Shown: piece after piece, positions 47,915-58,343 of the stretch
How positions within the stretch are numbered: position 1 is the first letter of the stretch
Layout of the letters: the number at the start of each line of letters is the position of its first letter
Assembly (NCBI GenBank): GCA_016839745.1
Contig: JAEOTS010000009.1
Location: 1-64,000, forward strand
Direction: 5' to 3'
DNA length: 64,000 bases
DNA from: Promethearchaeota archaeon
GTDB taxonomy: Archaea; Asgardarchaeota; Lokiarchaeia; Sigyniarchaeales; SOKP01
Notes under the pieces: model-generated
What the model saw: only the letters and a program-made list of their open reading frames with translations
Databases searched by the model: none
What the model was told of the DNA's origin: nothing
Position numbers and translations under genes: made by a program

Positions 47915-49441
47915 TTAATGCTCGTGTTGATGTTCATGGCCGTGAGATTTAATATTTATTGGTCGCATTTTTCCAATTGCCCAACCTGTTACTTCATTAA
48001 GAGAGGGATGAATTACCATTGATTTATAAAGCGGCATAAAAGAACCTGCCTCAGGACAAGCTCTCCCTAACTTGTTAGAACCTGTTCTTCCGGGAAAATC
48101 GGGAGAATCGCAGGTATAGCCTGCATTCATCAAATAGACAAAGGGTTGAACCAGCATCGCAGCGTGAGGGCCGACCACATGTGCACCTAATAATTTATAA
48201 GATTTATCGATGACGAGTTTAACAAAACCATTATCAAAATCATCACTTTCATATCCCATTGCAAATCCTTTTGCAACTGAGGAGTAATTATTTATTGCAA
48301 CATATATCTCGTGACCATTTTCTATGGCTTCTTCTTGAGTCATTCCCACATGTCCTATTTGGGGCGATGTAAAAATAGCCCAAGGCACTACTGAATAATC
48401 TACTTCTCTTTTATCATCGGGAGGACCAAAAATGTTGTTTGCACAGATATCCGCTTCATAGTTAGCTTTATGTCTAAATTGATAAAGACCGTTAGCATCT
48501 CCAAAGCACCATATATTTGGTTTTGAAGTTTCTAAGTATTTATTGGTTTTAATCCAGCCTCTTTCGTCAGTTTCAACTCCAGTCTTCTCAACCGCCAATA
48601 AATCAGCATTAGAACGACGTCCAGCGGCAATTAAAATTTCTTCGGCTAGTAGTTCAATTTCCTTTCCACTCTCAACATTTTGAACTATAACAGTCTTTAG
48701 ATTCTTTTTTATTCCTACTTTAATCGCTTTATGGTTTACTAACACAGTCATATGTTTCTTAAAATTGCGTTCTAAGAACTTGCTTATTTCAGGTTCTTCA
48801 GTCATGACTAAACGTGGCAACATCTCAACGATGGTAACGTTTGTACCAAAAGCTGAAAATATATGTGCGAATTCAGCTGCAATTACTCCACCCCCAATAA
48901 TAATTAGACTTTCCCATGGTTTTTTAGGAAATTTTTCACCAAAGAAATTCTTGTTTGTTACATATTCGATTTCGTCTAATCCTTGTATTGGAGGAATTAG
49001 AGAACGCGCGCCGGAAGCTAATACAAATTTTTCTCCTTTAAAGTGTCCAATTATTCCATTGGATTCTACAGATTTAACTATCATTTCGTAATCTCCTACA
49101 AATTCTCCTACACCTTTATAAAGTTTCAAGTTTGGTACATGCGATAGTCCTTCTTCCATTTCTTTGCTTTCGTCTATCTGACTCCACATACGCTTACCAA
49201 TCAACTCCCAATCAAAATCTTCAACTCTTAATTTGATTCCTACTTTAGTAGCATGCTCTGCTTCTCTTATCAAATCAGCAGGGTGAACCAAAACTTTTGA
49301 AGGAATGCAACCACGAGTTAAACATGTCGCTCCTAGTTTTGTGTCTTCGACTAGAACGCACTTTAAACTCATTTGAAGTCCATAATTAAGGACACTTAAT
49401 CCTGCTCCAGATCCTATCACAACTAAATCATAGTTATCCAT
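47915..49441 (-). CDS. Pyridine nucleotide-disulfide oxidoreductase (dihydrolipoamide dehydrogenase/mycothione reductase family)
   Basis: IGSGAG, TCLTRGCIPSK, IIGGG.IAAEF, GD, FT.PQI, HPSLNE. Confidence 0.88.
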   Translation of the reverse strand: MDNYDLVVIGSGAGLSVLNYGLQMSLKCVLVEDTKLGATCLTRGCIPSKVLVHPADLIREAEHATKVGIKLRVEDFDWELIGKRMWSQIDESKEMEEGLSHVPNLKLYKGVGEFVGDYEMIVKSVESNGIIGHFKGEKFVLASGARSLIPPIQGLDEIEYVTNKNFFGEKFPKKPWESLIIIGGGVIAAEFAHIFSAFGTNVTIVEMLPRLVMTEEPEISKFLERNFKKHMTVLVNHKAIKVGIKKNLKTVIVQNVESGKEIELLAEEILIAAGRRSNADLLAVEKTGVETDERGWIKTNKYLETSKPNIWCFGDANGLYQFRHKANYEADICANNIFGPPDDKREVDYSVVPWAIFTSPQIGHVGMTQEEAIENGHEIYVAINNYSSVAKGFAMGYESDDFDNGFVKLVIDKSYKLLGAHVVGPHAAMLVQPFVYLMNAGYTCDSPDFPGRTGSNKLGRACPEAGSFMPLYKSMVIHPSLNEVTGWAIGKMRPINIKSHGHEHQHEH

Positions 49442-49549
49442 ACATTCAATTCTCCATCTATCATTTTTAAAGTTTTTATTAATTTTTTAAAGATTATAGA
49501 AAAATAAGATTGTTTAAGAGAATTAATTCTAATTAAGAGGTTTTAGGGT

Positions 49550-50740
49550 CTACTTACGCATATTAATAAAACCCCCAGATTTCATTAATTCACATGGTTT
49601 AAGGAATGTCTTATCGCTCACTTCAACGAATTCTTCCAATATTTTGGACCACTTTTCATAATTTCTCTTGCCTGAACCGAAAGGACCAGGCATACTCGTT
49701 CCTGCGAGCATCACATCATTAATTACTTTATATCCGGAAACAATATTCTCTTCTAACAACTTACATCCTTCATTGAGCATAATAGCCATTGTCATTTCGG
49801 GATTTAAAATGCCCGCTTTTTTATCTAAATTTATTTCTGCCTTCCCCCTCGTCCAATCGTAGAAGCCTCGACCTGATTTCCTTCCTAAATGCCCTTTATT
49901 GACAAGTTCAGTAAGAACCTTTCCGGGAGCGAAATCTGGAGAAAAAATCTTTTCATAACTTCTCAATGAATTATAAGTAGTATCTATCCCAAGATAATCA
50001 GTTAATTCGCAAGGGCCCATAGGAGTTAATCTTCTTGCTTCGGCATCAGCATCGATTTGTTCCCAAGGAATACCTTTCTCTGAAGCTATATCGAAAATCC
50101 AACTAAGATAAATAATTGGTGGAATTAGTAAACGATTTGCAATAAATCCCGGACTTTCTTTCTCAATTCGAACTGAAAGTCGTTTTCCTTTAAGACATGG
50201 TAGACTTTTTCCTATTTCGACACCAATATCTAATGCTCTATCGGTTGTTTCTTCCCCTTTCATCACTTCAACACAGCATTGAAGTACAACAGGGAAGAAG
50301 AAATGCATTCCAATAACATTTTCTGGTCTAATTGAATCTTTAGCTATGTCTGTTATTTTAAATGTCGAGGTATTTGAAGCAAAAATACAGTGTGGAGGTG
50401 AATTTTCCATAACCAGATTACATACTTGTTTTTTAATGTCTAGCTTCTCAATAATAGCTTCAAAAACGAAATCACTCTTTTTAACTGCATATGATAAATC
50501 AGTTGATACCTTACATTTTAACATTAGATCCAAAACGGAGACTCCTTCTTCTAGTTTATCTTTTATCTGAGCTTTTTTCAAACCCTCTTTAATTTTTGAC
50601 AAACCATTGTTAACTATGTTTTCTTTAATATCAACTAAAATTACTTTATAACCTGCCATTAAAGCAACTTGAGCTATTCCATATCCCATAGCTCCTGCCC
50701 CTACAACGGTTACATTTTTAATTTTGCTAATCTCCACCAT
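49550..50740 (-). CDS. 3-hydroxyacyl-CoA dehydrogenase
   Basis: VGAGAMG.GIA, EAIIE, SNTS, GMHFF, PGFIANR, PMGP, LGRKSGRGFY. Confidence 0.92.
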   Translation of the reverse strand: MVEISKIKNVTVVGAGAMGYGIAQVALMAGYKVILVDIKENIVNNGLSKIKEGLKKAQIKDKLEEGVSVLDLMLKCKVSTDLSYAVKKSDFVFEAIIEKLDIKKQVCNLVMENSPPHCIFASNTSTFKITDIAKDSIRPENVIGMHFFFPVVLQCCVEVMKGEETTDRALDIGVEIGKSLPCLKGKRLSVRIEKESPGFIANRLLIPPIIYLSWIFDIASEKGIPWEQIDADAEARRLTPMGPCELTDYLGIDTTYNSLRSYEKIFSPDFAPGKVLTELVNKGHLGRKSGRGFYDWTRGKAEINLDKKAGILNPEMTMAIMLNEGCKLLEENIVSGYKVINDVMLAGTSMPGPFGSGKRNYEKWSKILEEFVEVSDKTFLKPCELMKSGGFINMRK

Positions 50741-50927
50741 TTAAGGCGCCAACTCTCAATATTCAAATATCCATTGATCTCTTATTTTCCGAATATAAAT
50801 CTTTTATGTTTCTGGAATTTATCAAAACAATACTGCTTTAAATACGAGTTTTATAAAAAATTATGAAAGAGATTCAATAAAAATATTGGTTAAATAAAAA
50901 TGAAAAAGTAAGAAATTAAAGTTGCAT

Positions 50928-51875
50928 TTAGTTTCCGATAATATCCTTTAACTTGGGAAAGATTCGGGGATAATGCACCGCCATGCAATGGATCCCTGCT
51001 AGGAGGTTTTTACTTCGTAATTCTGATATGAATGGTTTGAAGAAATCATAATTATATTGATCGTATAATTTTTTCTGCTCCTTTTTATCAGTGACTTCTT
51101 TTTTAACGTTTTTCCACTTAGCTAAGATTTCTTTAGGGACGCTAACGCCAGGTACAAAAGTATCGAAACCTTTAGCAATTCCATATGACTTCATTGGAAA
51201 TATTCCAAGTAATATCGGCACTTTATACTTCTTGATTTCTGTTAAAAACTCTATAGTACGATCGAGGTCGTAAACAACTTGAGTTTGGATAAATTCACAA
51301 CCCGCTTCTGCTTTTCTACCTATTTTTAATATTTCTGCGCCCATTGGTTCAGCATTAGGATTTGCAGCCGCCCCAACATGTAAAGTTGGAGGTGCTTCGA
51401 TCTCGTTACCGTTAATAGAACCTTTATCAACCATTTCCCTCACTAACTTTACCAGCGTTGCGGAATCAAGATCAAAAACAGGTTTTGACTCGGGCATATC
51501 GCCTAAAGCTGTGTGATCGCCTGTTAGAGAAAGAACATTGCGTATCCCTAGAGCGTGCGCGCCCATTATCATTCCCGCAATTCCTAACTTATTAACATCC
51601 CTTACAGTCATTTGCCAAACGCATTCTAAACCGGCAGCTTTTTGAATTAAATGCGTTGCAGCCATAGAATTTATTGTTACAATGCCTAAGGGACTATCTG
51701 TCACATTTGCAGCAATAACATAGGGGGCCATTTCTTTAGCTTCATGGATAGTGTGAGAGAGATCCGTTGTTTTTTCAGGCTCAAGTTCACCTGTTAATAT
51801 AAATTCACCCTTCGCGATGGCCTCTCCTAATTTGGAATAAGTTTTTACTTCTGTCATTTTCACATTTACCTCCAA
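50928..51875 (-). CDS. metF: Methylenetetrahydrofolate reductase MetF (copy A); start probably ATG 51857
   Basis: TGELEP, ANVTD.P, TVRD.N, LTGDH, DLDS..L, K.EAG..FIQTQ. Confidence 0.88.
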   Translation of the reverse strand: MEVNVKMTEVKTYSKLGEAIAKGEFILTGELEPEKTTDLSHTIHEAKEMAPYVIAANVTDSPLGIVTINSMAATHLIQKAAGLECVWQMTVRDVNKLGIAGMIMGAHALGIRNVLSLTGDHTALGDMPESKPVFDLDSATLVKLVREMVDKGSINGNEIEAPPTLHVGAAANPNAEPMGAEILKIGRKAEAGCEFIQTQVVYDLDRTIEFLTEIKKYKVPILLGIFPMKSYGIAKGFDTFVPGVSVPKEILAKWKNVKKEVTDKKEQKKLYDQYNYDFFKPFISELRSKNLLAGIHCMAVHYPRIFPKLKDIIGN

Positions 51876-52537
51876 ACTATCTCTCTTTGATGACCGATCT
51901 TACTCCAATCCAATGGGTCTCTTAATTTTGAAAATAAGTCTAAACGGCCTAACTCTTTTAGGCGATTATATATCGTTATCCAACCGCAGTCTTTCTCATA
52001 ATCACCCACTTCACATTTTCCATCCACCATACCTCCACAAGGTCCATTCATAAGCGCTTTAGCGCAAGTTGTGACTGGACAAATACCTCCAGTTTCGTTT
52101 AACAAACAATCGCCACACCCTTTGCAACGCATATAGAAACGTCCGATGCGTTCTGTCATTCCTATAAACTCAGTGTTATTAGCCGTGAAAACGGGTATTT
52201 CTGGATGAGATTTCGTAAGAACTTCAATAATCGATTGTACCCCTAAACCACAGGCTAATGTTAAAATACCGTCTGAGTTTTTAACATCCTCATCAATCTT
52301 GCGTAAATCTTTTTTCATCACACGGTTATCACAAACATCCTCGCTCACTATTGCATTAGTAACATTAAATCCCCTTTCTTTTAGTTTTTCCGACCATTCC
52401 TCAGCTCCTTCACTCCCCCCAGTTTGACAGAGAGCTGCGCAAACCCCACAGCTCACGACTAATATATTTTTTACTTTATAATTGTTAAGAGCTTCAAAAA
52501 CCTCTTCTTCCGGTTTTTTCGTTGTTATTACAACCAT
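51866..52537 (-). CDS. metV: MetV, Fe-S/flavin subunit of methylene-THF reductase (copy A)
   Basis: CGVCAALCQTGG, ACGLGVQ, CKGCGDC.L..TGGICP...CAK.L.NGPCGG...CEV...CGW..IY.RL. Confidence 0.88.
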   Translation of the reverse strand: MVVITTKKPEEEVFEALNNYKVKNILVVSCGVCAALCQTGGSEGAEEWSEKLKERGFNVTNAIVSEDVCDNRVMKKDLRKIDEDVKNSDGILTLACGLGVQSIIEVLTKSHPEIPVFTANNTEFIGMTERIGRFYMRCKGCGDCLLNETGGICPVTTCAKALMNGPCGGMVDGKCEVGDYEKDCGWITIYNRLKELGRLDLFSKLRDPLDWSKIGHQREIVWR

Positions 52538-52742
52538 GATTTTTAACTCTTCTTTTTTGATTTTAGTTGATTTTAAATTTTAATCCTGTAATATTTGAGA
52601 AAATTATCTAATCCATTTTAACTTAATTATTACAATAAATAAACAATTAAATGCATCAAAATGATAATTTTATCGAATTATGAAAACTAGCTGATCGAAA
52701 CCTTCCAAATCAGAGCTTTTAAAAAAAAAAATAAAAAGGAAT

Positions 52743-54257
52743 CTATAACTCATTCTTAATTTGATGTTTTTCCTTTGTATCTTTTGAAATATTGCGTTTA
52801 TTGCGATAGCGGAATATAACCACGACTGATATTGTCCCTATTATAAGTACTATTACAATGATAAATACTAATTCTATTGGAAATGGTAAAGCAGTAATTC
52901 CATAAGCATAATATATATCCATCTCATTATTTCTTCCGTCAGACCAAGCTATATGAGGGATTCCGTATTGATCAAGTTGAATACACATATATTCTCCAGG
53001 TCTCGTAAAAATACTCGAAGTGTCTTGGTCCGCTATAACTATTTCATCGGACAAGACAGGATCGTTTCTATTAACCCCCGTAAAATTGATTGTACGATAA
53101 TAGGGTCTATAATTACCTCCAATTTCACTATAATAGACAACATGTAATCTTCCAGTCGGATCAATTACCATATCGGGATTCCATTGGTTTCCGGCAGTGT
53201 TTGGGTTCACTTGTATTCGTTCACTCCAATTTATACCATAATTATCGGAATAACGCAAGTATACATCCCATGTGTCAGCAACTTGATCAAATTTATCCGC
53301 CCATATAACATAAAGCCGATCATCATTATCAAACTTTATTACTGGTAAGGTAGATTTACTTACTCCACCACTTGCTAGTTCAAACGCGGAATAATTTCCG
53401 TCGTCGTTAATAATTTGCGGAGTGTCAAATGATAAACCCTTATCAAGACTTTTAGAAATAAAAAGATTTCCACCCGAGCCAGGTACCCAACTCCATGCTA
53501 CAAAAGGGTCTCCAGAACCATTTAAAGTAATATAAGGCCCTACAAAAAACTCATCTTCACCTATCACCGAAATTTCATGGTATGAGGCTCCTCCATCCAT
53601 AGAACGCGTTACACGAATGGTTGCGTTCCCATTTGGGTCTTCTACATTAGCATCGTCATAAACAAGATACACTGTGTTATTTTCACCAACAAAGAAAGTT
53701 TCCTTATCTGCAAAATATGTGCTATTGGAAGCTTGTATGGGATTCCATGTAACTCCGTTGTCGCTGCTTTTAGCTATCGTTATTTGTGTTAGATAACCTC
53801 CACTCGGATCATTAAAGTACTCAGGTTCGAATTCAAGATAAGCATAATAGACAGTTCCATTATACCAATATAACCACGGATCAGATTGTCGTGTAAAAGA
53901 ACCAAACATTGGCATGTCGTACGGTTGAGTCCAAGAAGTACCACCATCAAGAGATCTTACAATGCTCACGCGTGCCCCACCTCCATTATGCGTTTCTGAA
54001 TTTTTCCAGCCAACGAAAATCGTTCCATCATCGCTTATTGCCATCGAAACTTCCACATGGTGGGCGTAGTTGTTGTCGTCAGTTGATAAAAGTTTATTAC
54101 TTGAAAATCCTAAAATAACTTTGTCTGTCTCTTGAGAAAGGCTTAAATTACCTGCAGCAATGGAATTAATTGAAATAAAAGTAGAAAAAGGGAGTAAAAA
54201 TGCTAAAATGAATACATAAGAAGTCAAGAAGACATATGATTTTCTAATTCTATTCAT
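52743..54257 (-). CDS. Membrane-anchored BNR/Asp-box (sialidase-like beta-propeller) surface protein
   Basis: Signal peptide; Asp-boxes SLDGGTSW, SSDNGVTW, SMDGGASY, SLDKGLSF, SDNYGINW; C-terminal TM plus basic tail. Confidence 0.85.
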   Translation of the reverse strand: MNRIRKSYVFLTSYVFILAFLLPFSTFISINSIAAGNLSLSQETDKVILGFSSNKLLSTDDNNYAHHVEVSMAISDDGTIFVGWKNSETHNGGGARVSIVRSLDGGTSWTQPYDMPMFGSFTRQSDPWLYWYNGTVYYAYLEFEPEYFNDPSGGYLTQITIAKSSDNGVTWNPIQASNSTYFADKETFFVGENNTVYLVYDDANVEDPNGNATIRVTRSMDGGASYHEISVIGEDEFFVGPYITLNGSGDPFVAWSWVPGSGGNLFISKSLDKGLSFDTPQIINDDGNYSAFELASGGVSKSTLPVIKFDNDDRLYVIWADKFDQVADTWDVYLRYSDNYGINWSERIQVNPNTAGNQWNPDMVIDPTGRLHVVYYSEIGGNYRPYYRTINFTGVNRNDPVLSDEIVIADQDTSSIFTRPGEYMCIQLDQYGIPHIAWSDGRNNEMDIYYAYGITALPFPIELVFIIVIVLIIGTISVVVIFRYRNKRNISKDTKEKHQIKNEL

Positions 54258-54414
54258 TTAGCGCCACAAATCTAATTTTATTTTTAGTAGAATATATTTT
54301 CACTATTAATGGTTCATTTATATCAGTCAACTAATAAACATTGTTATTAAATAACACAAGTTATTTATTCCAGTTTCTTTTTAAAAAACCAAATAAAAAA
54401 AAGAAAGAAAAGGA

Positions 54415-55902
54415 TTATTGTATTAAAGTGGGAAGAATTTTTGCTAATGGAACAGCTAGACCACCTAGTAAAGAACCAATAGAAGTCAGTTTTTTCAAAT
54501 AATCCTTCATGTTTTTAGTTACTTTTATAGTTCTCGTTTTTCCCTCAATAATGGTGCCATCAGAGGACATTAAAAAGATTTGAATTGTTTGTTCTCCCGT
54601 TTCTCTTGGCTCTAAAGTTAACCAAGTTGTATCTCCATTTTCTAGCATAGTTGACAATACACCTGCAATGTCAGTACTTTCAGAAGAGATTAAAGGAATG
54701 GATTCATTCGGAATTAAAAAGCTTCCTCTCCCTTCGACTTTGATATCCAACTTTAATTTGCTAGGTTCGAAACCAGGGGCGACTACCTTTATAGCGTAAT
54801 TCTTATCCTCAGGAGCATTATTATAAAGAAAAACAAAAATATTTAACTCCGAATTCAAATAAACGACTTCCTGTGCTGAAGAATCCATATATATTGGATC
54901 TTTTGAAAGACGTTCAATGTTATCAGCGAGTTCTAATTGAAGCCTATCGATGATGTTAAAAAAACCAGGATTGAATTTTTTAATGTAATTGAATAATTTA
55001 TAGATATCAGAAGTAGAGAAGTACCACAAACCGTCAATTAACAATCCCTTTTTGACATCAAAAGAAACAGAATCTACATTAATTACTTCTTTTAATTCAC
55101 GAGTAAATTGTTCATCGGTTAAAACGCCTTGAAATCGCAAATAATATAAGAATAAGATCGATTCAATTCCAAAAGTTAATGGTAATTCATCTTCCTCGGC
55201 TTCTTTCACCTTTTGAATAAAGGACGGTGTTAAAATTTTTTCTATTCCTAGTAAGTATTCGTCCCATTTAAGATATGTAACCGGATCCAAATGATCTGCA
55301 AATACTTCAGCAAAAAAATTATCAAGAAAAATTTGATGAGTTGTGGGCTTATAGAAATCTTGAAGACCATTTACATCGTGAATATTTAGGTTTAAACTCC
55401 TAATAATAATCGCTAATCCTAACCCTATTAACGCAAATCCTGCTGCTGCGAATCCTAAATTCAGATCTCCGAGTAATAACATTACCAAGAACAAAATTAA
55501 AGCAATAAAACATATTGTGGCAATAATCTTTAGCAGGTTAACAACTCGTTTAACGCTTGAAAACAACATTTCAAAACCATCAAGGCTGTCTATTGGTCTC
55601 CCTCTCTTTCTTTCAAATTTTAATCTTAATTTAAGAGAAGAATTTGTCGAATTTGCACCTAAAAATAGCATTATTGAATTAAAGGCATATATACCTAATA
55701 TCACGAAAAACACAATTTTTAACGTGAAATCCAACGCTGAAATAAAAGCTAGAATGGTTACTATTAGCAGAAGAATAGGAAGAATGAACAGTAGAACTTT
55801 GCCAAATCCAGATACGTACTTAACCATTTTGCCTTGAAATCGTTCCTTTTTACTTATTTTAGATAAGTCTTTTTCTAATTCTCTTTCCATTTTATAATTC
55901 AT
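54415..55902 (-). CDS. Hypothetical membrane protein (4 N-terminal TM, soluble domains, C-terminal hydrophobic tail)
   Basis: 495-aa ORF; hydrophobic pattern. Confidence 0.7.
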   Translation of the reverse strand: MNYKMERELEKDLSKISKKERFQGKMVKYVSGFGKVLLFILPILLLIVTILAFISALDFTLKIVFFVILGIYAFNSIMLFLGANSTNSSLKLRLKFERKRGRPIDSLDGFEMLFSSVKRVVNLLKIIATICFIALILFLVMLLLGDLNLGFAAAGFALIGLGLAIIIRSLNLNIHDVNGLQDFYKPTTHQIFLDNFFAEVFADHLDPVTYLKWDEYLLGIEKILTPSFIQKVKEAEEDELPLTFGIESILFLYYLRFQGVLTDEQFTRELKEVINVDSVSFDVKKGLLIDGLWYFSTSDIYKLFNYIKKFNPGFFNIIDRLQLELADNIERLSKDPIYMDSSAQEVVYLNSELNIFVFLYNNAPEDKNYAIKVVAPGFEPSKLKLDIKVEGRGSFLIPNESIPLISSESTDIAGVLSTMLENGDTTWLTLEPRETGEQTIQIFLMSSDGTIIEGKTRTIKVTKNMKDYLKKLTSIGSLLGGLAVPLAKILPTLIQ

Positions 55903-56038
55903 CTTTTCAATTTCTTAAAAATTTAATAAATATATAGTTAGAATAATAAAAATCGTGATTTAAAATATTAATGAAAATAATCTCTCTTAATCTGAATTAA
56001 AAACTAAATATTTAAACAAGACATCCTTTAATAAAATC

Positions 56039-57157
56039 ATGTCGGAAATAGAGTATTATGAGATTGTAAGACAAAAATTAACTCTAGGGCCTTTATACGC
56101 GCCAAAACATAAGAAAATCTTTGAGCTGATGAAACTCTTGTGGAATGAAGAGGAAATTGAAATACTTTCCAAATTTGAAGGCGCTGATAAATATAATTCG
56201 TTAAAAGAGTTAGTAAAATCAACTGGGATCTCAAAAGATAAACTGGTACCCATTTTAGATCGGTTATATAATAAAGGCACAATTGCTAAAGTCGAGAGCG
56301 GGTACGGGCTAGTTCCGATTCTACCAGGCATATTTGAAAGATATTTTATTAGAAGGAACGATTCTAAAGTAAATTTAAAAAGAGTAGCTGAAATATATAG
56401 GTGGTTTTTTAAGAATTTTTTACCCCCATTCTTAGTGGAAACAAATTTAAAATTTTTTAGACCGCGATTACCCGTTGACGCTAAAGAAAAATTAATACAA
56501 ATAGACGAGTCTCTTGATGTTGAGACTCAAATTCTTCCGTATGAATTAATAACTCAATTAATTGATAACTACGATGTCTTTACCGTTATTTCCTGTCAAT
56601 GTCGTTTAATTGCAGAATATGGAGGAGACCCATGTAAAGTAGCACCCGCAGAAATGGGATGTTTTTTAGCAGGTGAAGGTGCTCGATCTTCCATTGAACG
56701 TGGGGCTCCAAAACTTAATAAAAAAGAAGCAATAGAATATTTAAAAAAAACAGAAAAAGCGGGATTAATTCATAATTGTGTAGCTGATAGCAGTATTGAA
56801 TCTACTTTAGCCATATGTAATTGTTGTAGTTGTCATTGTGGGGCACTTGTAGCAGCAAAAGAGCATAAATACTATGCCACTTTGGCATCTAATTACACAC
56901 CCAAAATAAACGACGATCTTTGCACTAAATGCGAAATCTGCCTTAATAAGTGCCCAATGGGCGTAATTTATCATAAACTTCCTAATGAATCAGATTCTTC
57001 TGATGAACATATGTTTATAAATGAAGATTTTTGCTTGGGGTGTGGAGTTTGTGCAACTAATTGCCCCAATGATGCTATAAAGCTAGTAAAAGTTAGAGAT
57101 AATGTTCCCACAGAACAGTACAAATTCGGGACGAAAACATTTTTGGAATTGATATAA
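56039..57157 (+). CDS. 4Fe-4S dicluster protein with N-terminal wHTH and Cys-rich middle domain
   Basis: CQCR, ICNCCSCHC, CTKCEICLNKCP, CLGCGVCATNCP. Confidence 0.85.
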   Translation: MSEIEYYEIVRQKLTLGPLYAPKHKKIFELMKLLWNEEEIEILSKFEGADKYNSLKELVKSTGISKDKLVPILDRLYNKGTIAKVESGYGLVPILPGIFERYFIRRNDSKVNLKRVAEIYRWFFKNFLPPFLVETNLKFFRPRLPVDAKEKLIQIDESLDVETQILPYELITQLIDNYDVFTVISCQCRLIAEYGGDPCKVAPAEMGCFLAGEGARSSIERGAPKLNKKEAIEYLKKTEKAGLIHNCVADSSIESTLAICNCCSCHCGALVAAKEHKYYATLASNYTPKINDDLCTKCEICLNKCPMGVIYHKLPNESDSSDEHMFINEDFCLGCGVCATNCPNDAIKLVKVRDNVPTEQYKFGTKTFLELI

Positions 57158-57518
57158 ATTTAACCATTAAGTTGTGAGTTTTTTTTCATATTTTTGAGAA
57201 TAGTTTTATGGTTATAAATGACTAATTTCAGACAAATTTTTTTAAATAGTGCGGAAAAAGGAAAAAACAATCTTAAAAACTTCAAAAAATGATCATTTTT
57301 TAATTTTTAACTAATGTTTGGGGGACTTTTTTCCCCTTAAATAACGAATTCCTTTTTCGTTTATATTGTATTCAGAAAAAGTTAAATTATTAAGGATTCA
57401 CCCGATCTCGTAAAATTGGCTAAGGAAAATTTCCCATTACATTTATATACTTAACTAGTCTAACAATATTTAGAAAAAAAAAAAAAGAAATAAAATTTTA
57501 AAAAAGTGTGATAAAAAA

Positions 57519-57857
57519 ATGGAAATATTAAAACTTCAAGAAAAAATATTAAACCTTACGGATGAACAAATAAACGGAATATATTCTTTCGCAAGTAGAG
57601 TCACTCAAGAGACCATTGATGAGTTAGCTCCAATTTTATTAGATGTCTGTTTAGAAGCCGAATCAGGTATTCTAAAGAACGAGTTAGGCAGAGTAATATT
57701 TCATTTACAGAAAACGGAGAGATTGAATACCCGAATTGGTTTTGAAAAACTATTGCATGGAGCCTTAAAAGTGGATACTAAAGAAGTTTTTAAGGTTCTT
57801 GAATCCGGAGCTTCAGACGCAAAGGATTTAGTTGGAAGAATCAAATCTGTATTATAA
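57519..57857 (+). CDS. Hypothetical helical protein
   Basis: 112-aa ORF with SD-like GTGTGA upstream. Confidence 0.7.
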   Translation: MEILKLQEKILNLTDEQINGIYSFASRVTQETIDELAPILLDVCLEAESGILKNELGRVIFHLQKTERLNTRIGFEKLLHGALKVDTKEVFKVLESGASDAKDLVGRIKSVL

Positions 57858-57895
57858 GGAAAAAGTTTTTTTTAACTTCTTATTTTATTATAGTA

Positions 57896-58177
57896 ATGGA
57901 TAATCGAGATACTCAGTCTGATTTAGATAAAGCTTGGGAGCATTACGAGAAAATCCGAGACTCTCTCAACGGTTTATACGAAATTTTGAACATGAATTTG
58001 GACGATGGAAACATATTTTACCAATGCGCAGTTGATAATCTTGAGATTTTAAAGGAGACCATAATTGATTTGTTAAAAAAAGATTATAACCCAACCGAAA
58101 TTAAAATTAAATTGCGGGAATTAGAATTTGACATGAAGAAAACTCTCTTTTTTGAGAAAAAGGAGAATCAGAAATAA
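57896..58177 (+). CDS. Hypothetical helical protein
   Basis: 93-aa ORF co-oriented with the preceding gene. Confidence 0.65.
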   Translation: MDNRDTQSDLDKAWEHYEKIRDSLNGLYEILNMNLDDGNIFYQCAVDNLEILKETIIDLLKKDYNPTEIKIKLRELEFDMKKTLFFEKKENQK

Positions 58178-58343
58178 GTTATTTGAGCTAATCTGTTTGT
58201 ATTAATCCCGCACTATTAATTCTTTCATTTTCTTAGCATTGCATTTCAAATATCACTTTCATTTATAAGGGGGATTGAGACAATTTAAATTAAAGTTATT
58301 TTATATATTTATTTGAAAACTAAAAATTAAGAGGGAATATGAA

